Shown: piece by piece, positions 1 through 9,828 of the stretch
Position numbering within the stretch: position 1 is the first letter of the stretch
How the letters are laid out: every line of letters begins with the position of its first letter
Source of the DNA: an uncultured Desulfatitalea sp.
GTDB lineage: Bacteria > Desulfobacterota > Desulfobacteria > Desulfobacterales > Desulfosarcinaceae
DNA: 64,000 bases
Direction: 5' to 3'
Assembly (NCBI GenBank): GCA_963668675.2
Contig: CAXXMB010000002.1
Coordinates: 1,280,001-1,344,000 of the forward strand
Notes under the pieces: generated by a model
What the model was told of the DNA's origin: nothing
The model's database searches: none
The model's input: only the letters and a program-made list of their open reading frames with translations
Position numbers and translations under genes: made by a program

Positions 1-228
1 CTCACCGACAGCAGCGGCCGGTCCGGAGTGTGAGGCGACGACGGCAATCTTGATGGTATCCCCTTTTAACGCCACCGGATTGTTGGGATCGAAGTCAGAC
101 ATGTCGGGAAATTTTTCAAAATCAAACGCAGCCTTGGGGGTCATCCCCGCCATGACTGCAGGCTGAAACAGCAAGCCCAAACAGCAAAATACAGCCAGTG
201 CCGTAAACGCATATTTGATTTTTTTCAT
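1..228 (-). CDS. ABC transporter substrate-binding protein, branched-chain amino acid (Leu/Ile/Val-binding) family; N-terminal part, truncated by window edge
   Basis: Manual translation from ATG at 228 with AAGGAGG RBS: signal peptide MKKIKYAFTALAVFCCLGLLFQPAVMA followed by ...GDTIKIAVVASHSGPAAAVGE, a typical LivJ-family N-terminus. Confidence 0.75.
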   Translation of the reverse strand, partial: MKKIKYAFTALAVFCCLGLLFQPAVMAGMTPKAAFDFEKFPDMSDFDPNNPVALKGDTIKIAVVASHSGPAAAVGE

Positions 229-785
229 ACCATCCTCCTTAAAGGCACCTAAAGGGTTGATGTTGCATGTCGATCATTGGCGCTATGTAAAATGAGCACT
301 CAGAAAAAAAGACTGAGCATTGATATTCGAAGAATTGTCAAAAGGAGGGGCGTGCGTTGGACTGGATGGAACCTTTGGATCGTGTTCAAACCGATCACAC
401 TTCCTTGTATTGCCTCTTAGCGCTTTCACTTTTCTGTTCACCATTTTAACGGCATTCAACTCAGCAGCATCGGAAATTAGCATCGGCACAGAGAGAAACT
501 CTTTCCAACCATGTGTTAAAATTGAACAATGAAAATTTTTAGCTCAGGGACGATCAAATTAAAAAACTGTAAGAATTATAACGGCGCGCACCCACTTGTG
601 TCAACCACAAATAATGAATTCAATTCAGATGATAAATAAGGAACAGAATTCCCATAAGAAACCATTAATGACCCTTGTGATTATACAGTTAGTTTATTTT
701 CCGATTGAATACGAAGAGGCATCATTTCCTTGCAACTTCACTGCGGTCCTTTTCCAAAACGGAACATACCGAAACCAAATGGCAC

Positions 786-821
786 AAAAAAATCCGGGCC
801 TTGCGCCAGCCAGGCCCGGAT
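786..821 (-). terminator. Intrinsic terminator of the 849..2528 gene
   Basis: ATCCGGGCCT(792-801)/AGGCCCGGAT(812-821) stem followed by a T7 run on the minus strand. Confidence 0.75.
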
Positions 822-848
822 CTATCTGTGCTATTAAAAAGCAGGGTG

Positions 849-2528
849 CTATTGGGTGCTCTTTTTCAAACGCATCAAACCGCGGTTGCTGGTATTGAAA
901 TAGATATTGCCGGCCCTGTCTACATCCATCGAGAGCGGAAACTCCGCCACGGGATAGCTGCCGACGGTTGCATACTCTACCGGCAGGTGGGCGGCGACAA
1001 TTGAGATGGCCCGTGTTTTCGGATTAATCCGAAGCAGCTTTTGAGCAGCCCCGTCCAGAATCAGCAGATTGCCCTGACCGTCGTCGGCAATCGCCCCCGG
1101 CTTTCCTACTCCGGAGGCGAGGAAAACCGACTTTTTACCTGTTTTGGGATTGACGGCGCTGATGCGACCGACCTTGCTTTCGGCCACATAGAGCGTACCG
1201 TCCACCATGGCCATTGCGAGAGGACCTTCCAGATCTTTGGTGAGAACGGCTTTGGAGCCGTCTTTGAGACTGACCGTCGAGATCTGACCCGCCCCGTATT
1301 CAGCGACAAAAATTTGCGGCGCGGCAGAATCCATTAAAACCGACGCGGGCCGATTCAAGCCACCGGCCACGGGTTTGAACTCACCTTTGATCGGATCGCC
1401 GATGGCGATGGCCCCATGGATGGAATCGGTCCAGAACACCTGGTCACCCGGACCGTCGGCCAGACTCAGGGTCAACGGCATGCCGTGGGAAGCCCAAACG
1501 TTGAGTTTGGTGGCGTTGTACTTTCCGTCCGCGACTGTTCGCAGCATGATGGCATCGGCCACCACCGGGCCACTCTTCTTGACCACGACCCCGAGCGTCT
1601 GGTTGATGCCGTCGGGGAAGAGCTGCTTGAACTGGCCACTGCCATCGGTGGATACTTCATAGATGGTGGCGTTCCAGTAGCTGGTTACAAAGAGGCGCCC
1701 CTGGGGGGTGATCGCTACGTTGTCCAGGCCGGGCGGCAATTGGGCCAGCTTCTCGCGGCGCTTGCCATCCAGACTCACCCTGTAAACGATGCCGGTAATC
1801 AATTCCGGCATGTAGATCATCTTGTCGGCACCGATGGTGAGCGCGATGGGGGTAACGAATTTTTCGGCGATGGTGCTGATGGCGCCGGTGTCGGGATGCA
1901 CACGCAAAATCTTACCGGTCGCCATGTCCGGGATGATAAGGTCGTTGGTGTCGGGATCGAAACCGAACCCCTCGGGTACGGGAATCACATCCTTGTCGAT
2001 CAGAAGGCGCCACGGCTTCTGGCCGGTGGGATCGACCTCGAACACCCGGTTGCCCTGGAAGCACTCGGTGACAAACACGCGGCCGTTGTTAGGGTTGTAT
2101 TCGATGCCGTTGGGTGCATCCATGCCGTCGGCAATGACGGTTCTGACCCCATTGCGATCGACGCGGTACACCTCCCCAACCAGAGGCGTGGTACCGGTGA
2201 CATAGAGGTTGCCCTTGTCATCAGCTGCAATGTCATCGGGAATGAAAACAGCCCCCGAAGGAGGAACAAAGAGTGAGGCCTGCATGGTCTTCAGGTCGAC
2301 CTTGGTAATGGTGCCGTTGCCGGTGTGGGTCACATAGAGATTGCCATCCGATCCAATGGCCGCGCCATTGACCCCCGGCAGTGCCGTATCAGCCACCACC
2401 CGCTCCAATTGATACCCTTTGTCCAGCAGGGCGATTCCGAGGCTTCCGGTATGCTTGGACGTCGCACAGGCGGTGAGCACCAATGCCGTGAGCATAAACA
2501 CAATTGTCGTACACTTCATCATTTTCAT
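849..2528 (-). CDS. Lipoprotein with SMP-30/gluconolactonase/NHL-type beta-propeller repeats (probably two propellers)
   Basis: Lipobox LTAC; repeated P(N/D/E)G-type blade motifs (PDDIAAD, PNGIEY, PEGFGFD, LDNVAIT); GGAGAGG RBS. Confidence 0.75.
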   Translation of the reverse strand: MKMMKCTTIVFMLTALVLTACATSKHTGSLGIALLDKGYQLERVVADTALPGVNGAAIGSDGNLYVTHTGNGTITKVDLKTMQASLFVPPSGAVFIPDDIAADDKGNLYVTGTTPLVGEVYRVDRNGVRTVIADGMDAPNGIEYNPNNGRVFVTECFQGNRVFEVDPTGQKPWRLLIDKDVIPVPEGFGFDPDTNDLIIPDMATGKILRVHPDTGAISTIAEKFVTPIALTIGADKMIYMPELITGIVYRVSLDGKRREKLAQLPPGLDNVAITPQGRLFVTSYWNATIYEVSTDGSGQFKQLFPDGINQTLGVVVKKSGPVVADAIMLRTVADGKYNATKLNVWASHGMPLTLSLADGPGDQVFWTDSIHGAIAIGDPIKGEFKPVAGGLNRPASVLMDSAAPQIFVAEYGAGQISTVSLKDGSKAVLTKDLEGPLAMAMVDGTLYVAESKVGRISAVNPKTGKKSVFLASGVGKPGAIADDGQGNLLILDGAAQKLLRINPKTRAISIVAAHLPVEYATVGSYPVAEFPLSMDVDRAGNIYFNTSNRGLMRLKKSTQ

Positions 2529-2732
2529 ACGATCCTCTCCTTTCGTTCCAATGTTGTGTGAGGGTAACTCTCAAAAAGGCATCTGAATATGCATTATTGA
2601 GATAGAATACATAAGGGGCGATATGCCCTTTCATGTCCCTGAATCACGATGAAAAAGGAGCAAACGATCACTTTTAGAAACGATGCAACGGCACCCGACC
2701 TATGCCTGCTGGGACCATTGCTGAATAGCGAC

Positions 2733-3971
2733 TCAAGGTTTAAGCTTTTCGCGTCTTGTCAATCGGCCCGCCAGCAGATACCAGCATAGCGATAGCATTT
2801 GCAGCACCCATACACATCCGATGGCGACCCGGTATGCGTCCGGTGCGTATTCGCCTTCCGAACTGACGGGCCACAGATTGATGATCGACCCCATGCCCCA
2901 CTGGGCGGAAAAAGCGGTCACGAAAACCAACAGGTTGAGAGCCGTATTCACCCGCCCGGCCAAGTGGGCCGGGAAGCTTTGGGACAAAACGGCGTAAGGC
3001 AAAATAGCGGCTGCGCCGAAGAAACCGAAGAGAAACCATTGAACAGGGACGGCCGTGTGCCACTCCATCATGAGGATCGCCTCAATCAGCATGAAGGCGC
3101 CCATCCCCGCCGCGGCCACTGTCATGGGAGGCACGGCATGTCGACTCAGCCGCTCGGCTAACGTGCCAAGCGATATGTGGCCCGTTACCATGGCGGCAGC
3201 CATCAGCAAAAGGGTGCCGGCCACCCCTTTTCGATCCAATCCGGCCACATCGCGCAGCCAGGGGCCGGCCCACAACCCTTGCAATGATTGAAAGCCGGCC
3301 GTGGCAAGGGTGGTCCAGGGTGCGATCCGCCAGAAGGTCAAGCTGGTGGCCACCTCTTGAATCCCTTTTAACTGTTCACTCAAGCGTGTATCGGACCGTT
3401 CATCGCGCCCCTTGGGAACCAGAAAAAAGATGGCGGCGGCGACAATCAGGCTCACCACACTCAAAACCTGAAAAACACCGCGCCAATCGGTGACAGAGAG
3501 CATCGCCTCCACTGGTGCGGTGGCTGCCAGGGCTCCCAAGCCGCCGGCGGCCATCTGGTAACCGTTAATTCTGGGCAACTGCTCGACCGGAAACCAGATC
3601 ACAAATGCCTTGAAGGCCGCCATCAAACAGGCGGACACGCCCAAACCGATCAACCCTCGTCCGACCACCAACCCCCAAAGCGACTGGGCGTTTGCAAACA
3701 CAAAGGCCCCAGCAGCGGCGAAAAGCAACAGAAATGCTTCGATACGACGGGGACCATATCGATCCAGCAGTATACCCAAGGGCAGCTGAAAAGCGGCAAA
3801 GGTGATAAAATAGACGGCTGTCAGCAATCCCAGCGCCGAGGGGTCTATCCCCAATTCGGCGGCAAGGTCGGGTCCAAGCACAGAGTTGATTGTTCGGTAG
3901 AGATAGGAGAGGAAATAGCCGACAGCAAAGGGGAGGAAAATTCTCATACGGGTGGCAAAAGGGATCGGCAT
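2733..3971 (-). CDS. MFS transporter
   Basis: About 12 hydrophobic segments; motif A-like GILLDRYGPRR; start chosen at ATG 3971 (ORF track extends to 4079). Confidence 0.85.
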   Translation of the reverse strand: MPIPFATRMRIFLPFAVGYFLSYLYRTINSVLGPDLAAELGIDPSALGLLTAVYFITFAAFQLPLGILLDRYGPRRIEAFLLLFAAAGAFVFANAQSLWGLVVGRGLIGLGVSACLMAAFKAFVIWFPVEQLPRINGYQMAAGGLGALAATAPVEAMLSVTDWRGVFQVLSVVSLIVAAAIFFLVPKGRDERSDTRLSEQLKGIQEVATSLTFWRIAPWTTLATAGFQSLQGLWAGPWLRDVAGLDRKGVAGTLLLMAAAMVTGHISLGTLAERLSRHAVPPMTVAAAGMGAFMLIEAILMMEWHTAVPVQWFLFGFFGAAAILPYAVLSQSFPAHLAGRVNTALNLLVFVTAFSAQWGMGSIINLWPVSSEGEYAPDAYRVAIGCVWVLQMLSLCWYLLAGRLTRREKLKP

Positions 3972-4141
3972 GCGAACCAACCATTTCCTTGTCGGCAAAA
4001 GATGTGTGGCAGAGGACGCTTGGGGTTCAGTATTTAAAGATGGGGCAATCTCTGAGTGAACCCTTAATGAGACGAACAATGTTCGGCACTATCGACATAC
4101 ACATCTATAGGTCAGCTTACATGGTGGTGTCAATCCTTCAG

Positions 4142-6385
4142 CTACCGCTCCTCCATTTCGAATGTTTCGTTGAAGATGGTCAACAACTGCAGGGTCTGCT
4201 CACTGATTTTCAAGCAAGCGTTGTTGATACCGTAGAATAGGATGCTCAGGCGGGTCTTGGATTGCCCCGAGTGAATACGCTCGATCTGACTGTTGTCGCA
4301 ATCTTCAAGAAACTGCTTGAGGTCCACGTAGTGGGCAGCCACCTCCCGGTATTCAAACGGCGCCCTGGCCAGCAGAATAGATGCGGTTTCGGCCAGCAAC
4401 GCTTCGACGTATTTGCGTACCTGCTGAAGCTCCTTTCGCTGCTCGGGAAGAAGCCCGGCGTGCTGGTTGGAGGTGTGCACATGGCAACGCAGGATCACAT
4501 CGCGAAGGCTTTCGGAAATCTCCTGTAGCGCAGAGACCACATAGGCGTACTTTCCGGCCTTTTTGATATCTTTCCTTTGGATAAGCCTTAATGTCTTAAA
4601 GATATTGGCAACAATCGTATTGGACCACTTCTGTATTTTACTCGTCTGCCGACGCAGTTTTTTAAGCTGTTTGCGGTCTTGGGTGAGAACGCCTTCGAAA
4701 CAGGCTCCCAAATCAGCCCGAACCACATCCAAAAACCGACCACTGTGCTCGAAACTGGTTCGCACGGCATAGTCGGCATCCTTGACCCTTTTCAGATCGA
4801 GCAGTTCCAGCTCCTGGGCTGCCTTTTCACGCAAGCCGTGAATCTTGATATTGCGGAAAATCAGATAGGCAACCAGAATCAACAACCCGAAGATGGCGAT
4901 ACCGTCGAGGTAGCCGATGGCGAAGGCGAAGACCAGCGAGACACTGAAAGCCATCAAGGCAGTAAAAAACCAACCGCCGATGACGGTCAAGACGCCGGTT
5001 ACACGATATACCGCACTTTCCAGCCCCCAGGCCTGATCGGCCAAAGAGGTCCCCATGGACACCATGAAGGTCACATAGGTGGTCGACAAGGGCAGTTTCA
5101 TACTCGTGGCCCAGGCGACCAGCGCACTCGCCACCATCAAATTGACGCTGGCGCGCAGCAGGTCGAACTCCGGAACGGTGCCGTCATACCCCGGTTCGGG
5201 TTGGTAGCCGGCCGCATTGAAGCGTTTAGTTAACCAGCGTCGCATCGAATTGGGACATACCCGCTGAACGACATCAAACAGATGGATCACCATACGGACG
5301 ATAATGCGCGAGAGATGTGAGGAGTCGAACCGTTCGAGTCCCTCCTCCTGCCTGCCCAGACTGAGCTCCGTTTTGCTGACGGTTCGGGTTTTGCGCGACA
5401 ACCAGAGGGTCGCGACCATGATAGCGCCTGCGATCAAGAGAAAGAAGGTGTTGGTCTGAACGGGTTCCTCCATCGCCTCCATGAGCATGGTCAAGGGGGC
5501 GCTGCTCGCTTTTGCCACCATAAAGGCATGAAAGCTGGCCAGTGGCACGCCGATAAAATTGACCAGGTCGTTGGCTGCGAATGCCATGGCCAGGGCAAAT
5601 GTGCCGGCAAGTACGACCAGTTTGAGGATGTTGATCCGGGCAACCAACATAAGCAGTTGGAACAGCACCGTGAAGAGGGCAAAGCCGCCGCCTAAAATGG
5701 TCCAGGTGTGCCCCTTGATCCAGACCAGCATGGCCGGGGTGATAAACGAGGCCCCCTTCGCACCTTTGATCAGGATGAAGTAGGTGATCATCGATAGCGC
5801 CATCCCTCCCCAAAGGGCGCCGTACCGTTTCAACCCCTTTTGATAATTAAAGGTGAAGAGAAGACGGGTAATGAATTGAGTCAAGGCACCACATATGAAG
5901 GCAACACCTACCGATAGCAAAATCCCGGAGATGATGGCCAGCGCTTTTCCGGTGTTGATGTATTGCGCAAGATCCAACAGGCTCTGACCACTGTCGAATA
6001 TCTTAATTAAAGAGACGGCGATGGCGGCCCCGATCAGCTCAAAAACGATGGAAACCGTTGTCGAAGTCGGCAGTCCGAATGTGTTGAACAGGTCGAGCAA
6101 CACCACATCTGTCAACATGACGGCCAGGAAGATCACAATCAGCTCGGGCATCATAAAATGGCGGGGGAAAAAGATACCCTTGCGCGCCACCTCCATCATG
6201 CCGCTGGAGAAGGTTACGCCCGCCAGAATCCCCACACTGGCCACCACCATGATCACATATCGGGGCGCCACCCGCGACCCGACCGACGAGTTGAGAAAAT
6301 TCACGGCATCGTTGCTGACGCCGACCATAAGGTCCACCACCGCGATGACAAAGAGCACCGCCACTGCAAAAGCATAGAGTCCCAT
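4142..6385 (-). CDS. Inorganic phosphate transporter (PiT/PHO4 family) with C-terminal helical PhoU-like region
   Basis: PHO4 signatures GVSNDAVNF, GLPTSTT, AANDLVNFIG and LPLSTT; ATG at 6385 with AGAAGGA RBS. Confidence 0.85.
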   Translation of the reverse strand: MGLYAFAVAVLFVIAVVDLMVGVSNDAVNFLNSSVGSRVAPRYVIMVVASVGILAGVTFSSGMMEVARKGIFFPRHFMMPELIVIFLAVMLTDVVLLDLFNTFGLPTSTTVSIVFELIGAAIAVSLIKIFDSGQSLLDLAQYINTGKALAIISGILLSVGVAFICGALTQFITRLLFTFNYQKGLKRYGALWGGMALSMITYFILIKGAKGASFITPAMLVWIKGHTWTILGGGFALFTVLFQLLMLVARINILKLVVLAGTFALAMAFAANDLVNFIGVPLASFHAFMVAKASSAPLTMLMEAMEEPVQTNTFFLLIAGAIMVATLWLSRKTRTVSKTELSLGRQEEGLERFDSSHLSRIIVRMVIHLFDVVQRVCPNSMRRWLTKRFNAAGYQPEPGYDGTVPEFDLLRASVNLMVASALVAWATSMKLPLSTTYVTFMVSMGTSLADQAWGLESAVYRVTGVLTVIGGWFFTALMAFSVSLVFAFAIGYLDGIAIFGLLILVAYLIFRNIKIHGLREKAAQELELLDLKRVKDADYAVRTSFEHSGRFLDVVRADLGACFEGVLTQDRKQLKKLRRQTSKIQKWSNTIVANIFKTLRLIQRKDIKKAGKYAYVVSALQEISESLRDVILRCHVHTSNQHAGLLPEQRKELQQVRKYVEALLAETASILLARAPFEYREVAAHYVDLKQFLEDCDNSQIERIHSGQSKTRLSILFYGINNACLKISEQTLQLLTIFNETFEMEER

Positions 6386-6485
6386 GCCGTTCCTTCTATT
6401 CCTGCCAGAGGTTTGATGGGGCGGAAAACGAAAACGATGAGTTGTATGCAAAAGCCATCGGCCCGGGCAGGCCTCACCCCCCCCA

Positions 6486-6526
6486 TTGTTAGCGACTTGT
6501 TAGCATATTGCTGGCGTATCGTTCAA
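6486..6526. promoter_or_regulatory. Direct repeats with 11-bp period (Pho-box/OmpR-family-like operator) upstream of the phosphate transporter
   Basis: TTGTTAGC at 6486 and 6497, TTGCTGGC at 6508, degenerate TCGTTCAA at 6519. Confidence 0.55.
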
Positions 6527-6677
6527 ACGGTTTCGAGCAGTGCTGGTCCTGACGATTCCCTTTAGTTGCCAACAGAGCTCAGAACATGATTCATTTTCAG
6601 GAAACAACGTATCGGCCTCATGGCAAGTTCAGACGAAGCGACGTATCGTATTGGGGAATGGGTGGACGACAACCTTC

Positions 6678-8768
6678 TCAACGGATCTTCCAGATCTGGT
6701 AAAAGGGGTAATTCTCGGCATGCAGCCTAAACCGGGTGGAATCGGGTTGTTTGAATACATAAAGTTGGCTGAAAACGGTGCCGGCAAAGGCATCGTCCAT
6801 CACCGCTGCCACACGCGCCTGTGGGTCGTAGCTGAACAGCATACCCCTCTGGTGGCTGTATTCGACGGTTTTCCAGGCCTGCCCCTCTTTCAGGCAGGCC
6901 CTTTTCAGAGGATAGTATTTGGTCTTGAGTCTGACCAAGCCTTTTTCCAGATCGGCGCTGAGCCCTTGGGCGGCAACCACACGCCCCTGCCGTTGGCTGT
7001 TGGGAAACAGTTTAAAAATGGCGTGGGTGCCGGTTTGCTGCTGAGCGTCCCAGGTGCCGAACCAGTGCCACCAATAGGTGGTTCGGGCAAGGCGCAGATC
7101 TAGAAAGAGATAGCACTCCCGGTCTGCATCGGGGAAAAAGAAGCTGCGCCAGCGATCCACCGGTGCGAGTCCGGCGGCGGCGATCAGGCGTGACGCCTGA
7201 TCCGGGCCCGCCATGAGCACCTCTTCGAGCAGCGACATCCCTTTGGCAACACTTTGGGTCGCATCAAACAGCTTTTCCATACCGGTTGTGCCATGCACCA
7301 CGTAAAACCGTATAAAATTAACGGATAGCCGGGAACTGTGCGTCGCCAGAGGGATCGCATTGCTCACCGTTCGCAATCCCCCATGCAGGCTCCCATCGTT
7401 GACCGTCGCCCGTTGCGCCCAATAGAGCAGCGGATAGCCATGGTCCCACCAGGCCCATACCAGGGCCTCTTTTGAGCTGTTTTGCGACAACAGATCCATC
7501 CCTTCGACCATGGGCGGGATCTCTTTGGGCCAGAAGGTGAGACGCAGGCTCTGTTTAAATGGGACAAAGAGTGTCACGGCAACCAGCAGGGGCACGGCAT
7601 ACCGATAGGGCCACCACTTTTGGCGCAACCCCCAAAGCCATTGGGCTATAAACCCCAAGCCGATGGCCAAAAAGGGGTTGAGAAAGATTAAAAACCGCCG
7701 CGCAAAGAGAAAGGATAAGCAGCCGATGCCGAACGGCACGATCAACGCTGCAGCCCTGCTTTTTAACCGCCAGAAGAGCATGGCCAGGCCGGCCAGGCCG
7801 AGGGAGAAGCTGAAGAGGTGTCCCGTGGTCTGCGCTGCGAGATCGGTGAGTTGGATTTTTTCCTGTTCCTTGATCGATACACCCACATTGGGGAAATCAT
7901 CCGGCTGCTGTTTTGAAATATAGGAGAGTTGCCCCAATCCCTTATGGTAGAGGATCTTGACACCATCTGTGCCCTGCCAGATGAAAACACCCCCCAAAAA
8001 GACCAGACCGATACCGACCGCGATCCAGCGCTCCGAGCCTTTTGGGCGATAGTGGAGGAGTGATACCACAACCAGGGGGGATAACGATATCAGGGTCACC
8101 ACAGCCGGTGCCTGATCCCACCAGAGCAAAAAGAGGCCATAGGTCGCAAAAGCGGCCGCCAGATAGCCATATCGCCGTCGCTGCCCCTCCAGACCGAAAC
8201 GGATGAAAAAGTAGCAGACCAAAAGGAGAAGCGTTACATTGAGGCAATCCGTATCGAACCACCCGAGGTGGCTGCGGTAGACGTAGTAACTTGGAAACAG
8301 GCCCATGGCGACCGCCACCAGGGACATGAACCGTCCACCGTAGAGCCTCCCGAAGAGCGCCAGCGGCACTGACAGGAGAAGCCCCAGCAGGGGCGGCATC
8401 AAAACAGCGATCCACGCCATGGATACGGGAGCAAGCATCGCCAATCCTGCGACCATCAAAGATATCATCGGCGGCACCACTGGGCGCTGGGGAGATTCGG
8501 GCACGCCGCGCAGTGTATCGATGCGGGTATATGTCCCCTCGCACAAATCCCTGGCCAACGAAAGGTAGTAGTATCCGTCAAAATTGATCAGCAGGGGTTG
8601 CTCGTTGTAAAAAGCGCGGTGCGGCTGTGCATGCCAGGCGATCAGATCATCGCCCCTCAACCAGAGGGCTATCAGGATGACCAGTGCCATGGCCGACCAA
8701 TAGAGGAGAGACTTGCCTTTGGAGTCCCTTCTCTTGTCAGGACAGGAAGTGCCGCTTTGCTTTTGCAT
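6678..8768 (-). CDS. pglB: STT3/PglB-family oligosaccharyltransferase
   Basis: NFDGYYY, DTD, SIKE, WWDHG (WWDYG-type) and NDG motifs; multi-TM N-terminus plus soluble C-terminal domain; start uncertain (8768-8906). Confidence 0.85.
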   Translation of the reverse strand: MQKQSGTSCPDKRRDSKGKSLLYWSAMALVILIALWLRGDDLIAWHAQPHRAFYNEQPLLINFDGYYYLSLARDLCEGTYTRIDTLRGVPESPQRPVVPPMISLMVAGLAMLAPVSMAWIAVLMPPLLGLLLSVPLALFGRLYGGRFMSLVAVAMGLFPSYYVYRSHLGWFDTDCLNVTLLLLVCYFFIRFGLEGQRRRYGYLAAAFATYGLFLLWWDQAPAVVTLISLSPLVVVSLLHYRPKGSERWIAVGIGLVFLGGVFIWQGTDGVKILYHKGLGQLSYISKQQPDDFPNVGVSIKEQEKIQLTDLAAQTTGHLFSFSLGLAGLAMLFWRLKSRAAALIVPFGIGCLSFLFARRFLIFLNPFLAIGLGFIAQWLWGLRQKWWPYRYAVPLLVAVTLFVPFKQSLRLTFWPKEIPPMVEGMDLLSQNSSKEALVWAWWDHGYPLLYWAQRATVNDGSLHGGLRTVSNAIPLATHSSRLSVNFIRFYVVHGTTGMEKLFDATQSVAKGMSLLEEVLMAGPDQASRLIAAAGLAPVDRWRSFFFPDADRECYLFLDLRLARTTYWWHWFGTWDAQQQTGTHAIFKLFPNSQRQGRVVAAQGLSADLEKGLVRLKTKYYPLKRACLKEGQAWKTVEYSHQRGMLFSYDPQARVAAVMDDAFAGTVFSQLYVFKQPDSTRFRLHAENYPFYQIWKIR

Positions 8769-9066
8769 TAACTGTCCCGCATTCGATAAGAGTGGTCGCA
8801 TGCACTCATCCAGACGCTTATCGCTGTTGGTGATACCATATATGCGTATGTTAAAAGATGATCTATCGAGATGCCACTCATAAAACGCCACGCCGTTTGA
8901 GCGCAATTTTTTTAATGGCGGGGTGGCAAACCATATCTGACCATTTTTGCGGTTGTACTGAAAAGGTTGCCAATGACCTGCAAGCGGTTTACATTTTGTT
9001 TTGAAAATTTACTATGCTTGGAAACCAGCCGAATGGGAGCGAACCCAACCCGATAGAAAGGGGATA

Positions 9067-9582
9067 ATGATGCAACCGCACATCAAGCGCAAGGGCAAAA
9101 CCTTTAAGTCGAGATCCTGGCTCGTGTTGTGGCTGCCGATTGTATTGCTGATGGCATCCGCGAGCCTTGCGGAGACATGCAGTGAACACAGCAAGGGCCA
9201 GACCGTCTATGTGCCGGTCTATTCACACATCTATTCTGGCGATCGGGAACAGCATATCTATTTGTCCGTCACATTGAGTGTACGGAATACCGACCCCAAA
9301 CATGCCATTACAATCTCCAGAGTAGACTATTACGATTCTAATGGCCAATTGACAAAAGACTACCTGAAGACACCCATAACGCTAAACCCCCTGGCCACAA
9401 CCCGTTATGTCATTAAAGAGTCCGATAAAGTCGGCGGCTCGGGTGCAAATTTCATTGTGGTTTGGAAGGCGGACCGCGCGGTCGTGCCCCCACTGATCGA
9501 AACGGTCATGATCAGCACCCGCTACACATTGGGCATCTCGTTTACCTCCCGAGGCCGGGTCATCGGACCGGCCACCCCGTAG
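9067..9582 (+). CDS. DUF3124-like exported protein
   Basis: Signal peptide; motifs GQTVYVPVYSHIY, TLSVRNTD, GGSGANFIVVW and GISFTSRG recalled from DUF3124. Confidence 0.75.
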   Translation: MMQPHIKRKGKTFKSRSWLVLWLPIVLLMASASLAETCSEHSKGQTVYVPVYSHIYSGDREQHIYLSVTLSVRNTDPKHAITISRVDYYDSNGQLTKDYLKTPITLNPLATTRYVIKESDKVGGSGANFIVVWKADRAVVPPLIETVMISTRYTLGISFTSRGRVIGPATP

Positions 9583-9828
9583 CGGAACACGTTTCTGGAA
9601 AGAGCCGCCACCTGATCTGGCTTGACCGTTAATGGCTCGACTGCTATGGAAGGTGAACTCGGCTGAAGCGTTCATCTGGATTGGTGGAGAGATAGAGAAC
9701 CTGATCTATACCGCACGCCTTAAAGCGAAACACAACGATTGGCATTGATATTTGAGGACGTTGCACAATAGTTGATTTCAACAGAGGCATCGAAAGTTGT
9801 CGGCTGTCTTCGCCAATAGGAATCGTCA

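Noticed and set aside
283..848. Short ORFs in the AT-rich intergenic region
   Set aside because: No RBS or motifs; more likely the regulatory region of the ABC binding-protein gene
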